This document shows positions 36,301-60,979 of a DNA stretch of 64,000 nt, piece by piece; the first letter of the stretch is position 1; each line of letters begins with the position of its first letter. Made by a program: the position numbers and the translations under genes. Origin of the DNA: Macrostomum hystrix (taxonomy: Eukaryota > Animalia > Platyhelminthes); contig CATNEN010000029.1 of the NCBI GenBank assembly GCA_950097015.1, forward strand, positions 4,464,001 to 4,528,000. Direction: 5' to 3'. Below the pieces are notes generated by a model. That model was not told where the DNA came from, ran no database searches, and saw only the letters and a program-made list of their open reading frames with translations.

Positions 36301-39300
36301 TAATCCCTCCAGTCTCAATACCTCGTTGCGACTTCTCAAGCCTTTAATTCCTAATCCACTATTTTCCGATCCCCTCGGAAACGCCTGTTAAATTCCAATA
36401 CCTGAAATAAAAATCACAAAATTGTATTCCCTCAAATCCCACTCCCACAAATCCCATCCTTTCAAATCCCACTCCCACAAATCCCATCCTTTCAAATCCC
36501 ACTCCCTCAAATCCCATCCCCTCAAATCCCACTCTCTCAAACCCCATCCCCTCAAATCCCACTCTCTCAAACCCCATCCCCTCAAATCCCACTCCCACAA
36601 ATCCCATTCTTTCAAATCCCACTCCCACAAATCCCATCCTTTCAAATCCCACTCCCTCAAATCCCACTCCCTCAAATCCCATCCCCTCAAATCCCACTCT
36701 CTCAAATCCCATCCCCTCAAATCCCACTCTCTCAAACCCCATCCCCTCAAATCCACTCTCTCAAACCCCATCCCCTCAAATCCCACTCTCTCAAACCCCA
36801 TCCCCTCAAATCCCACTCTCTCAAACCCCATCCCCTCAAATCCCACTCTCTCAAACCCCATCCCCTTAAATCCCACTCCCTCAAACCCCATCCCCTCAAA
36901 TCCCATTCTTTCAAATCCCACTCCCACAAATCCCACTCTCTCAAACCCCATCCCCTCAAATCCCACTGCCTCAAACCCCATCCCCTCAAATCCCACTCTC
37001 TCAAACCCCATCCCCTCAAATCCCACTCTCTCAAACCCCATCCCCTCAAATCCCATCCCCTCAAATCCCACTCTCTCAAACCCCATCCCCTCAAATTCCA
37101 CTCTCTCAAACCCCATCCCCTCAAATCCTACTCTGTCAAACCCCATCCCCTCAAATCCCACTCTCTCAAACCCCATCCCCTCAAATCCCACTCTCTCAAA
37201 TCCTATCCCCTCAAATCCCACTCTCTCAAACCCCATCCCCTCAAATCCCACTCTCTCAAACCCCATCCCCTCAAATCCCACTCTCTCAAACCCCATGCCC
37301 TCAAATCCCACTCCCTCGGAAACCGCTCCAACAATCCATGCTTCAGAGTGTTCGATGTTGGTGGTCAGAAGGGCGAACGGAAGAAGTGGATCCAGTGCTT
37401 CAACAATGTCACAGCCATTCTCTACCTGTGCGACGTGAGCAGCTTCGATCTCACACTCAAGGAGGACGTCGATTCTGACAGGCCGAAGAATCGGCTGCTG
37501 GAATTACCTGCAGGACGTGTCCATCCTGCTATTCATCAACAAGATCGACCAGCTGGAGGAAAAAGTTCGAGCGGGCAAGTCGATAAGGTCCATGATAAAG
37601 CACTGCCAGCAGGACCTGCAGCTTGAGCAGCGCGAGGCGGAGCAGGTAAAGTCGGGACAAACGGCGTTATCCGGCTTAGATACTGGGATTTGAAGGGAGG
37701 CTAATCCAAATCAGATACTGGGATTTGAAGGGAGGCTAATCCAAATCAGATACTGGGATTTGAAAGGAGGCTAATCTATCTCAGATACTGGGATTTGAAT
37801 GGAGGCTAATCTATCTCAGATACTGGGATTTGAATGGAGGCTAATCCATCTCAGATACTGGGATTTGAAGGGAGGCTAATCCATCTCAGATACTGGGATT
37901 TGAAGGGAGGCTAATCCATTTCAGATACTGGGATTTGAAGGGAGGCTAATCCATTTCAGATGCTGGGATTTGAAGGGAGGCTAATCTATTTCAGATACTG
38001 GGATTTGAAGGGAGGCTAATCCATTTCAGATGCTGGGATTTGAAGGGAGGCTAATCCATTTCAGATGCTGGGATTTGAAGGGAGGCTAATCCATTTCAGA
38101 TGCTGGGATTTGAAGGGAGGCTAATCCATCTCAGATACTGGGATTTGAAGGGAGGCTAATCCATTTCAGATACTGGGATTTGAAGGGAGGCTAATCCATT
38201 TCAGATGCTGGGATTTGAAGGGAGGCTAATCCATTTCAGATGCTGGGGTTTGAAGGGAGGCTAATCCATTTCAGATGCTGGGGTTTGAATGGAGGCTAAT
38301 CCATTTCAGATACTGGGATTTGAAGGGAGGCTAATCCATCTCAGATGCTGGGATTTGAATGGAGGCTAATCCATCTCAGATACTGGGATTTCATTAGTGG
38401 CTAATCCAGTTGAAACACTGGTTGAGTTTAAAAAGTCATGAATTTTCTTCCTTCATCGTACGATAAACTTTCCCTAATTCAACTAGCAACAAGAACAGGG
38501 CGACGGGTTGGCTGAAGCGCCAGCAAACGGTGGCGGCTCATCGAGGCATCACCATGTCAACAGCGGCGGTGGCGTTGGCAAGAAAAAGAATGTAGGCCCG
38601 ATCGATATTCGACAATTTGTTTGCCAGTTTGAGTTTGACCAGTACGAGCCGACTGGTGAGTCATACTAGAGGGCCTTTCTAGAAAACAATTTGTTTTGTA
38701 ATTTAGATAAGTGATTTTTTCTTATCAGTTTTGGAAAATGATCCATTTTTTTCATTTCCGAGAGGAGCCGCATGACTGGGTGATGTGAGAAATCCTAGGG
38801 ATTATCAAAAGCCTATGGGTAAATTTGGAATCTATGGGCAATATTTAGGATCATTAGGATAATCCCAGGTGTATATAAATGATTGAAAATACACTGCATA
38901 ATCAAATAGTCAATTTTGAGCATTCTAGGTTATGGATTATGGAGCATAAATTATGAATCTATGAGAAATTATGGATCTATTAGGAAATTATTGAAATGTA
39001 GGAAATTAATGGATCTGAGAAAATTATGAATCTGTGAAAATTATGGATCTGGGAAAATTATGGATCTGTGAAAATTATGAATCTGTGAAAATTATGGATC
39101 TGTGGAAATTTATGGATCTGTGGAAATTTATGGATCTGTGGAAATTTATGGATCTGTGGAAATTTATGGATCTGTGGAAATTTATGGATCTGTGGAAATT
39201 TATTGATCTGTAGGAAATTATGGATCTGTGAAAATTATGGATCTGTGGGAAATTATGGATCTATTGGGAGTTTATTGATCTATGGGGAAATTTTGGTTCC

Positions 39301-41104
39301 ATTCGAAATTATGGATCTGTGGGGAAATGCCTGGATTAACGAGAATATTTAGCAGCAATATTGAAAACTACTGCTGAACTTACTGATTTATGGACTTTTT
39401 CTAAATTTGCGCTGGGTATTTTATGTTTTTATAGCTCATACGCATAGTAAGTTCATGAGCAACTAATTTTTGTTATTGCCTCGGATGTGTGTTTTAACTG
39501 CGACTTATGATCCATTACAATCGTTTCCTGCTTCCATTTGATGATCAGCAGTTTGAGATGCGCCGTGTAAGATCATGTCACTACAATGTTCATTAGAGAA
39601 AAAGTGTACAGGAGGGTCGCACAGAAAAAACACTTGCGTGACACACTCCTCCTTTTGGGAATGTGTGGGTGGGATTATGGATATCTTTTAGACTATCTAT
39701 AAAGATTCGGCTAACATATACAAGCGTAAATGGAGAATTAATTAACAAAATTGACTATACAGATTTTTTGCTGAGATTAGAAAAAATGATGATGTTTTCT
39801 TTCGGTGCTAAAAGAAACATGCGAGCAATGCTTGTACAGTTCGCTCAGTTGTACAATGGGTGCTAGCTCCGCGCAATAGCTGCGGCCACTGACACTGTAC
39901 GGGGTTATAACCGTTGTCACTAATATGTTTCCATTCTTTTTTTTATTTGAAAGTCAGTAATTTTTTTAATCTGATGATTTATTACCACTTTAACCAATTT
40001 TCTACAACGCCAGACAACGACAAGAAGGAGTTCCTGCAGTCATTTCCTCGACTCGACGATCTCGACGACGTCGTCTCTAATGCAACAGAGCTGGCATCAG
40101 CGGCGACCACGTCCAAATCCAACGGTCTCGCGGGCGGCATTGGCGGCGGCAAGACTAGGCGGAGGAAAGTCAGCGACGCTGTGGTTGTCCACCCGGAGAC
40201 GGTCAAGACCGCCTGCTACGTGAAAAATGTCTTCATGGTGAGCTGAGGAGCGAGCGAATGGAGCTGTGTAGAGAAGAGATCGGATTTAGTCTAGGGTAGG
40301 AGCTGGATGGAGTGTGTGAGCTGATTTAGTCTAGGGTAGGAGCTGGATGGAGTGTGTGAGCTGATTTAGTCTAGGGTAGGAGCTGGATGGAGTGTGTGAG
40401 CTGATTTAGTCTAGGGTAGGAGCTGGATGGAGTGTGTGAGCTGATTTAGTCTAGGGTAGGAGCTGGATGGAGTGTGTGAGCTGATTTAGTCTAGGGTAGG
40501 AGCTGGATGGAGTGTGTGAGCTGATTTAGTCTAGGGTAGGAGCTGGATGGAGTGTGCGAGAGGATTTAGTCTAGGGTAGGAGCTGGATGGAGTGTGTGAG
40601 CTGATTTAGTCTAGGGTAGGAGCTGGATGGAGTGTGTGAGCTGATTTAGTCTAGGGTAGGAGCTGGATGGAGTGTGTGAGCTGATTTAGTCTAGGGTAGG
40701 AGCTGGATGGAGTGTGTGAGCTGATTTAGTCTAGGGTAGGAGCTGGATGGAGTGTGTGAGCTGATTTAGTCTAGGGTAGGAGCTGGATGGAGTGTGTGAG
40801 CTGATTTAGTCTAGGGTAGGAGCTGGATGGAGTGTGTGAGCTGATTTAGTCTAGGGTAGGAGCTGGATAAAGTGTAGGAAATGAATGTTGTGCTGGTTCC
40901 AAAAATGTATGCATTGATCCATTCCGTTGCGATTAGAAAATTGCGGAGCGCAAGCGCCAGTCGGACTTCAAATACGAGTACCACTATCACACCTGCTGCT
41001 GCTACTACACCTGCGCTGTGAACACTGACAATGTAAAGAAGGTGCTTGAAGGCTGCCGAACTTTCATCATTGACAAACATCTGGAGCGCTTTGGTATTCT
41101 GTGA
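27344..41104 (+). CDS. Heterotrimeric G-protein alpha subunit, Gs class (Gs/Gf-like), 9 exons; frameshift gap at 37504 in this sequence
   Basis: join(27344-27467, 32054-32126, 33654-33708, 33824-34068, 36018-36158, 37347-37645, 38487-38655, 40014-40237, 40937-41104) = 1498 nt (3n+1). Motifs: [13 protein letters not shown] (G1), [23 protein letters not shown] (G2), [17 protein letters not shown] (G3), LFINKID (G4), YTCAVNTDN (G5), C-terminus HLERFGIL. Several intron positions/phases match my recollection of vertebrate GNAS (LLG|, NGF..|, I.|.IV, CA.Y|, F.|.FD, F.|.I). Confidence 0.92.
27701..28770 (+). repeat. Minisatellite, 16-bp unit GTTTAGTTATCCGACA, ~66 copies (G-alpha intron 1)
   Basis: Direct inspection; recurring variants ccataa, ccaaca, gacatttt. 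Confidence 0.97.
29440..31312 (+). repeat. Minisatellite, 19-bp unit TCCTGCTTCGATTCTTGTC, ~98 copies, with a 627-bp higher-order duplication (G-alpha intron 1)
   Basis: 19-aa periodic ORFs; ORF pairs 30058/30685, 30120/30747, 30293/30920 are identical at an offset of 627 = 33 units. Confidence 0.97.
32163..33131 (+). repeat. Minisatellite, 38-bp unit GGGATCTATGGGCCAGTTCGGGATCGATGGGATGATTC, ~25 copies (G-alpha intron 2)
   Basis: Direct inspection; the unit is a dimer of two related 19-mers. Confidence 0.97.
33214..33553 (+). mobile_element. tRNA-derived SINE, full-length copy (G-alpha intron 2)
   Basis: Head GGGGAGTCGGTGGCAGAGCGGTTATCGCG...AAGTTCGATTCC contains a Pol III A box (TGGCAGAGCGG) and B box (GTTCGATTCC); ~250-bp body; (ATT)n tail at 33533-33553; homologous copies elsewhere in the window. 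Confidence 0.88.
34130..35090 (+). repeat. Minisatellite, ~22-bp unit GTCAGAGGAGGAGAAATCGTGT with shorter variants (G-alpha intron 4)
   Basis: Direct inspection; begins ~60 nt after the donor at 34069. Confidence 0.95.
35590..35872 (+). repeat. Minisatellite, 29-bp unit GACTCTCGACTGCTCATAACCATCGATAT, ~10 copies (G-alpha intron 4)
   Basis: Direct inspection; units become more uniform toward the 3' end. Confidence 0.9.
36432..37318 (+). repeat. Minisatellite, 15-bp units alternating to a 30-mer CTCAAATCCCACTCT-CTCAAACCCCATCCC (G-alpha intron 5)
   Basis: [10 protein letters not shown] and [10 protein letters not shown] periodic ORFs. Confidence 0.96.
37677..38400 (+). repeat. Minisatellite, 35-bp unit TCAGATACTGGGATTTGAAGGGAGGCTAATCCAT(T/C), ~20 copies (G-alpha intron 6)
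   Basis: Period 35 (37863/37898); begins ~30 nt after the donor at 37646. Confidence 0.96.
38950..39320 (+). repeat. Degenerate 18-19-bp minisatellite AAATTATGGATCTGTGGA (G-alpha intron 7)
   Basis: Uniform core at 39100-39200 with diverged flanks. Confidence 0.85.
40283..40870 (+). repeat. Tandem repeat, 40-bp unit GATTTAGTCTAGGGTAGGAGCTGGATGGAGTGTGTGAGCT, ~14.5 near-identical copies (G-alpha intron 8)
   Basis: Period 40; only one visibly variant unit (near 40557). Confidence 0.98.
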
Positions 41105-42364
41105 AGTCGGTCTATTTCGGTGGCCTTGTTGTCGATGTTGTCAATAATGCAGATATCATACCCTCGTTAAACTTTAGGGTAGATTATTCAGACGATAGAT
41201 TGTTATAAACACAAATAATTTTGATACTTATTACTCGTCAGCAGAATCCTGAAGAATTTAATTTTGTCCAGCATCGCTGATCACTATTATTGCATTTTCT
41301 CTTATCTACTCATTGCATGCTGTTTGAAAAGAAAAGATTAGTAAATTCGTAGACTCTACAGTTTACGAATTATGAACTCTTTTTATTGTCTTATGACTAT
41401 TATGAGTACTTAGTTCATACATTAATCTATCGTACTTATACGCTCGCATCATTGCAATATTTCATATACCTGTGTGTCTTATTTGTATTTATGTCAATGC
41501 TAAAATTAAGTTTTATTTATTAAAGTTTAACAAAAAACTTCTGAACGAGTAACCCGTTTTTAGAGATATATTTTGCTCTTTCATTATGTGTTTCGAATAT
41601 TTCGTAAATAATAAATGCGCATACAAACAGAAGTTTTTGATTGCCTATCAATAATAAACTTTGATTGTGAAATTGACATCTTTCAATTTCCTAAAGCCTT
41701 TTGTCTGCTTGTGCTTTGTGTATCTGTGTGTGTGTTGTGGCACAAATCAGGTCTGTAAAACTTATTCGTACCTTTATCCAGCTATAATGATTTGATGTAG
41801 GCAAGCGCTTGACCTATATATTTGTTACTCTCACAGGCCGGCTCTTTACCAATTCGACTTGATAAAGTTGTTAAAGTGTGCGTAATTTTAGCTTAAATCG
41901 AGGCATTACCGGTATAGCTACAAATAGTATTTGATTCATTATTGTCCCGTTCATGTAACATGTCAGGCTTTTTTCTTGCTTTGCCTGTCCGTCACATGCT
42001 TTGTATGAGTTTGTTAGTCACTTGATCGATCAGTATCGATGCAAACATTTTAATTGAACATGGCTTGCCTGTTATGAGATATATTTTTTAGAAAACAAGC
42101 ACGAACTACATGTTCTGTCACACTGAGACGCAACGCGTATAATTTATAATATTATATTTGTTTATTTTTGTTAGTTTGTTTGATTTTCTGTTTATTTGTG
42201 TACAATCGATAAAAAGGATAAAAAACTAGAGTTTGCATCGAATCCGTACACCAGCCTGACCGTCGAATTTTGCAAGATTGTTCTCTTGACTTTGCCTAAC
42301 TTTTGAAAACAGTCTGGTGACCTAAAACATGACTTCCTCCGTTCTATCCCCTCCCTTCAACACA

Positions 42365-43710
42365 CTCTCTCTTCAACACCCTCTCCTTCAACACCCTCTG
42401 CCTTCAACACCCTCTCCCTTCAACACCCTCTCCCTTTAACACCCTCTCCCTTTAACACCCTCTCCCTTCAACACCCTCTCCCTTCAACATCCTCTCCCTT
42501 CAACACCCTCTCCCTTCAACACCCTCTCCCTTCAACACCCTCTCCCTTCAACATCCTCTCCCTTCAACACCCTCTCCCTTCAACACCCTCTCCCTTCAAC
42601 ATCCTCTCCCTTCAACACCCTCTCCCTTCAACACCCTCTCCCTTCAACACCCTCTCCCTTCAACACCCTCTCCCTTCAACATCCTCCCTTCAACACCCTC
42701 TCCATTCAACACCCTCTCCCTTCAACACCCTCTCCCTTCAACATCCTCTCCCTTCAACACCCTCTCCCTTCAACACCCTCTCCCTTCAACACCCTCTCCC
42801 TTCAACACCCTCTCCCTTCAACATCCTCTCCCTTCAACACCCTCTCCCTTCAACACCCTCTCCCTTCAACATCCTCTCCCTTCAACACCCTCTCCCTTCA
42901 ACACCCTCTCCCTTCAACACCCTCTCCCTTCAACATCCTCTCCCTTCAACACCCTCTCCCTTCAACACCCTCTCCCTTCAACATCCTCTCCCTTCAACAC
43001 CCTCTCCCTTCAACACCCTCTCCCTTCAACACCCTCTCCCTTCAACATCCTCTCCCTTCAACACCCTCTCCCTTCAACACCCTCTCCCTTCAACATCCTC
43101 TCCCTTCAACACCCTCTCCCTTCAACACCCTCTCCCTTCAACACCCTCTCCCTTCAACACCCTCTCCCTTCAACATCCTCCCTTCAACACCCTCTCCATT
43201 CAACACCCTCTCCCTTCAACACCCTCTCCCTTCAACATCCTCTCCCTTCAACACCCTCTCCCTTCAACACCCTCTCCCTTCAACACCCTCTCCCTTCAAC
43301 ATCCTCCCTTCAACACCCTCTCCATTCAACACCCTCTCCCTTCAACACCCTCTCCCTTCAACATCCTCTCCCTTCAACACCCTCTCCCTTCAACACCCTC
43401 TCCCTTCAACACCCTCTCCCTTCAACACCCTCTCCCTTCAACACCCTCTCCCTTCAACACCCTCTCCCTTCAACATCCTCCCTTCAACACCCTCTCCATT
43501 CAACACCCTCTCCCTTCAACACCCTCTCCCTTCAACATCCTCTCCCTTCAACACCCTCTCCCTTCAACACCCTCTCCCTTCAACACCCTCTCCCTTCAAC
43601 ACCCTCTCCCTTCAACACCCTAAATTTTAACACCCTCTCCCTTTTACACCCTCCCCCTTTAACAGCCTCTACCTTAAACACCCTCTCCCTCTAACACCCT
43701 TTCCCTTCAG
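42365..43710 (+). repeat. Minisatellite, 16-bp unit TTCAACACCCTCTCCC, ~80 copies (intergenic)
   Basis: Direct inspection; recurring 14-bp deletion variant and ACATCC variant. Confidence 0.97.
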
Positions 43711-46700
43711 CATCCTACTGAGCTCATTTCCCTTCTAAGTATCTCAAATTAACGATATCAGAATGAAGTGTTGCATTCTTTTCTTTTCATTGTGAAATGC
43801 GAGTAACTAAATAAATAAGTATCAACTGCCTTTCTGTGGGGCTTGCATAGTTGACTATATGTCGACACCATGCATTCACGCGTGCGTATATCTGAAACGC
43901 TCTCACTGCATAGGCTTTAACACTATAGTTTTAGCCTATGCAAAACAGCAATGCAAGTTGTTTTAGTCTGCTTTGCTAGGGCTGTAAGACATGCGACCCA
44001 CACGCGCGCTGCTTGCCTAGGCGGGGTCTCTGGGGCAGGTCGTCTTGGGGAGGAGAGCACAAAAGGAAGTCTGGGCCGCGGCAATGCAATGCTGCTCTCT
44101 TAATTAAAAAGCTCACTCGCACATCTCTCACCTAGTCCTCGCGCCGTCTCTCTCTCCTTCTCATCTTCAAAACACTTAGCTTTATATACATCCGTTCATG
44201 AGCAATGAGTGCTCACAGCTCGATCAAATTAGAACCTTATATTCGCAAATATATAACGAATTCTAGTTTTTTCTGCAGTTGTCATCATTTTTATATATGA
44301 GTGTCGACATAGTCTAACACATTTTATGACTATATCTCATTTACTATCGTGCCAATTTGTTATGTTCATTCTTTTTCCTTTTCTGCATGAAGTAGTATAA
44401 TAATTATGACGCAACTTAAAGAGCGGCAAAGTATGAAAGGTTTTAAGAAGCCTGCATATGAAACGCTGTCAGAAAAGAAAAAATGGCTAATTTTACACTA
44501 TTTGTCTTCTTTTACAACATAATAAAAGCAAAAGTAATTACTTTATGGGCAAGAGTGTTTAGTGAAAGGAATTGCGACAATGCGAATCATTCTTTTCTAG
44601 TATTGACTGGACGTTAGAAGCTGCAGTGGCTAGAGCTCTTGGAATAATAAAGTCTGCGGATAATATTTGAATTGATTTCGTTCTACTTTGACATTTAAAC
44701 TTCATTTTATGCAAATGAACAAAATGCATAGCATAATTTGCAAAAATATGAGCCATTGCAGATTCCTCATTCCGAGAATAAAAACTCTGAAAATGCACCA
44801 CTTCATTCTGACTAGTAAATAAATTTGACCCAATTGTTAATTACTTAAAAGGTAAATATTAATTCGGTAGGGTGCTGACGGGAGAGTGTGTTGAATGCAG
44901 CTTTAAAGGGTCTTAAAGGGGAGGGTGTTTCTTATTTTGGAGACCAGGTGTTGCAGGGATTGGATATTAAACCCAATGACCACTAGAAGATCTTCCTTGA
45001 TAAAACCTCGATGAATACAGCTAGTGGACTATGCTACATTCAAAGTCACTGAAATATTATAATTCAATTATATTTGACACGGTACTGATTGTTGGTAAAT
45101 TAAATCTAGCTTAATTTGCCTAATATTTGATTTACCGTCTAACTAGACTGGGCGAAATTCAAACTAGAAGTTTCTTCGAAGTTGGGTTACGATCACTTAT
45201 AGTATTTGTTGCAAACATCTTTGTGCTAAATAAATGCAAAATTGTGCTTTTAATAAATTATGAGACTTATTTATGGGTTAGAATTATAAATCATTTGGAT
45301 AGCCACATCTGCTTATGAAAAAAACCAGCATTTTACAAATAAGCCTAAGCCATCTACGTTAGACAAAGCATTTATGGGCTAGCCAGCTTGTTAAGTTGCT
45401 ATGAGATTGATAAGTTCTCATTTGCATAGCTAGCTAGACGTGAAATTTTCGCATACTTTTTGTTGCTTGCAAATCAATATTTCTATAACAGTATTTCTAC
45501 AAATAAATTAAACATTCATTTAATGGAATGATTTTTCGTTTCAACATCTACATGTTATGTAGGCTACAGTAACTAGGCCTAACTAGGTATTACCCAGTAG
45601 TATAAGCTAGTAATACTTGTGTATTTATTCTTTTAATTGCAGTTACAATCCCAGACAATACCTACTCTGTAGCACCTCCCTCACAATGGTTAGGCATTAG
45701 GCCAAACACATTTTATAAAATTTAAATAGGCTAGGCGCATGGTAGTAGTTCTCCTTTAAGAACAAACAAACAAAGTAACAGCGCTTCTGCTAAATCTGTG
45801 AATTTCTAGCTGCAAACCAGCTTTTTTCTTGGATGTCAATACCATGTTAGATGCAACAGTGAGCATATAAAATTAAATTTTCAGGAATAAGCTCTTATCT
45901 TATTGTAGCTATTGGCTATTTCCCTATGTGTTTTCTATAGCTAAAAATAGCCAGCTTTGTTTATCTACTAAAAAACCCAGGACTGTATGCAAATATTTCC
46001 ATAATTGTTTTAATTTTGTCCTAAATAGTCAGTAGGCCTAACCTTTCTCAATCCTTTGCAATTCTAAAGTGTAGGTCCACATTGTCAAAATTTATGCCAA
46101 TAGGGCACATCATACATGTGCAACCTCCCAAATCTTAGCTGGCCGTGCGACTTAGTTTTTGTTCTATTTACGACTTAGTTTGTGCTCAGTTGCAACTTAG
46201 TTCGTTTCATTGCTCTATTTACGACTCAGTTTGCTCTCATTTGCTTTATTTTTCTCTCCCCTTTTTCCTCTTCTTCACCCCTTCCTTTTTTGTCCCTTGG
46301 GCCCCCTTTTGATTTTTTGTGCTTGGTTGATTGGTTTTTGTGACTTACCTTGCTTGGCCCTCATTTCACCCGGCTGGGTCGGCCGGGTGTTGGGAATGTA
46401 TTGGGCACATAGCTAGCTACATATTTGATTTGGCTATACTGTAGTAAAATTGGAGAACAATGTATTGTATAATGATGTGTAATAATTATTGTATAATGAT
46501 GATTTATTATTTATTTTTTTTGATTTAGCTCTATACATCTGGTTAGCTAATAAAATACATGATTTATAAATGCAATAGCTGCATATTAAAAGCAAGTTTA
46601 GCCTCCCTCTAATAATCATAGGCAGAAGGTTCTGACAAACATTTGCTATATTTTTCTTGACTTTTATGTGTACTTCTTTGTCATAGTTAACAGTTAAATG

Positions 46701-46990
46701 GTACACAACACTTCCTTTGGCTAATCCTAAGGATTCTAGTTAGGTTTTGTAAATGAAGTGCACTAGCAATTTTCTAATATAGTTATTCAGGGGCTGGGAT
46801 TACTTGAGATCATATTATTTTATTAAATGTTTAAAAAACATATAAATCAACAGGATGTGTAATATGTCATTCTGATTTTTCAGCACAGTGAAAAATCAAT
46901 TGGTAGATATTTTGCTAATTCATCGAGAAAAAAAGTATTTTTTTTTCTCTATTTACTGGCACCAATTGTAACTTGTGCTAGTCAGCAAGA

Positions 46991-60534
<13,544 letters not shown>

Positions 60535-60979
60535 TCAACTATTGTAATCGTTTTGCAACAAAAAAGTATTTTCTATCATTTTGGACTGAAACTAGCTGCC
60601 ACTTGCACAATAAACAGCTTTACGATAATAGAAGCTAATAGTACATAAAATTGTATAGCAGCTTTTTTATACTTTGGTAATTATAACATTATTACGAATG
60701 TAATGTATTTCTCCTCATGCCAAGATAATGCAAAGTTAATAAACTGTCTGCGTTGGTAGATCCGGACTCAAAATCGTCTGATCTTATATTTTAATGCAGA
60801 GCTCAGTTAAGATTCTATTTTTAGTTCAATGCCTGATGCGAAATTGTTCAATTGACTAATCAATGAGTTGCATAATTTGTTTTATTTGCCTGTTTGTTTG
60901 CTTAATTGCTTTTTTCGCTTTGTTTCATTATTTTGCTCACCTAACCATGGATATATTAGCCTAATGATTCGAAGACACA

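Noticed and set aside
36372-37323. CCCTCGGAAAC on both sides of the 15/30-bp array as a TSD
   Set aside because: The left copy is ~50 nt from the array edge and the motif resembles the repeat unit, so local duplication is the simpler explanation.
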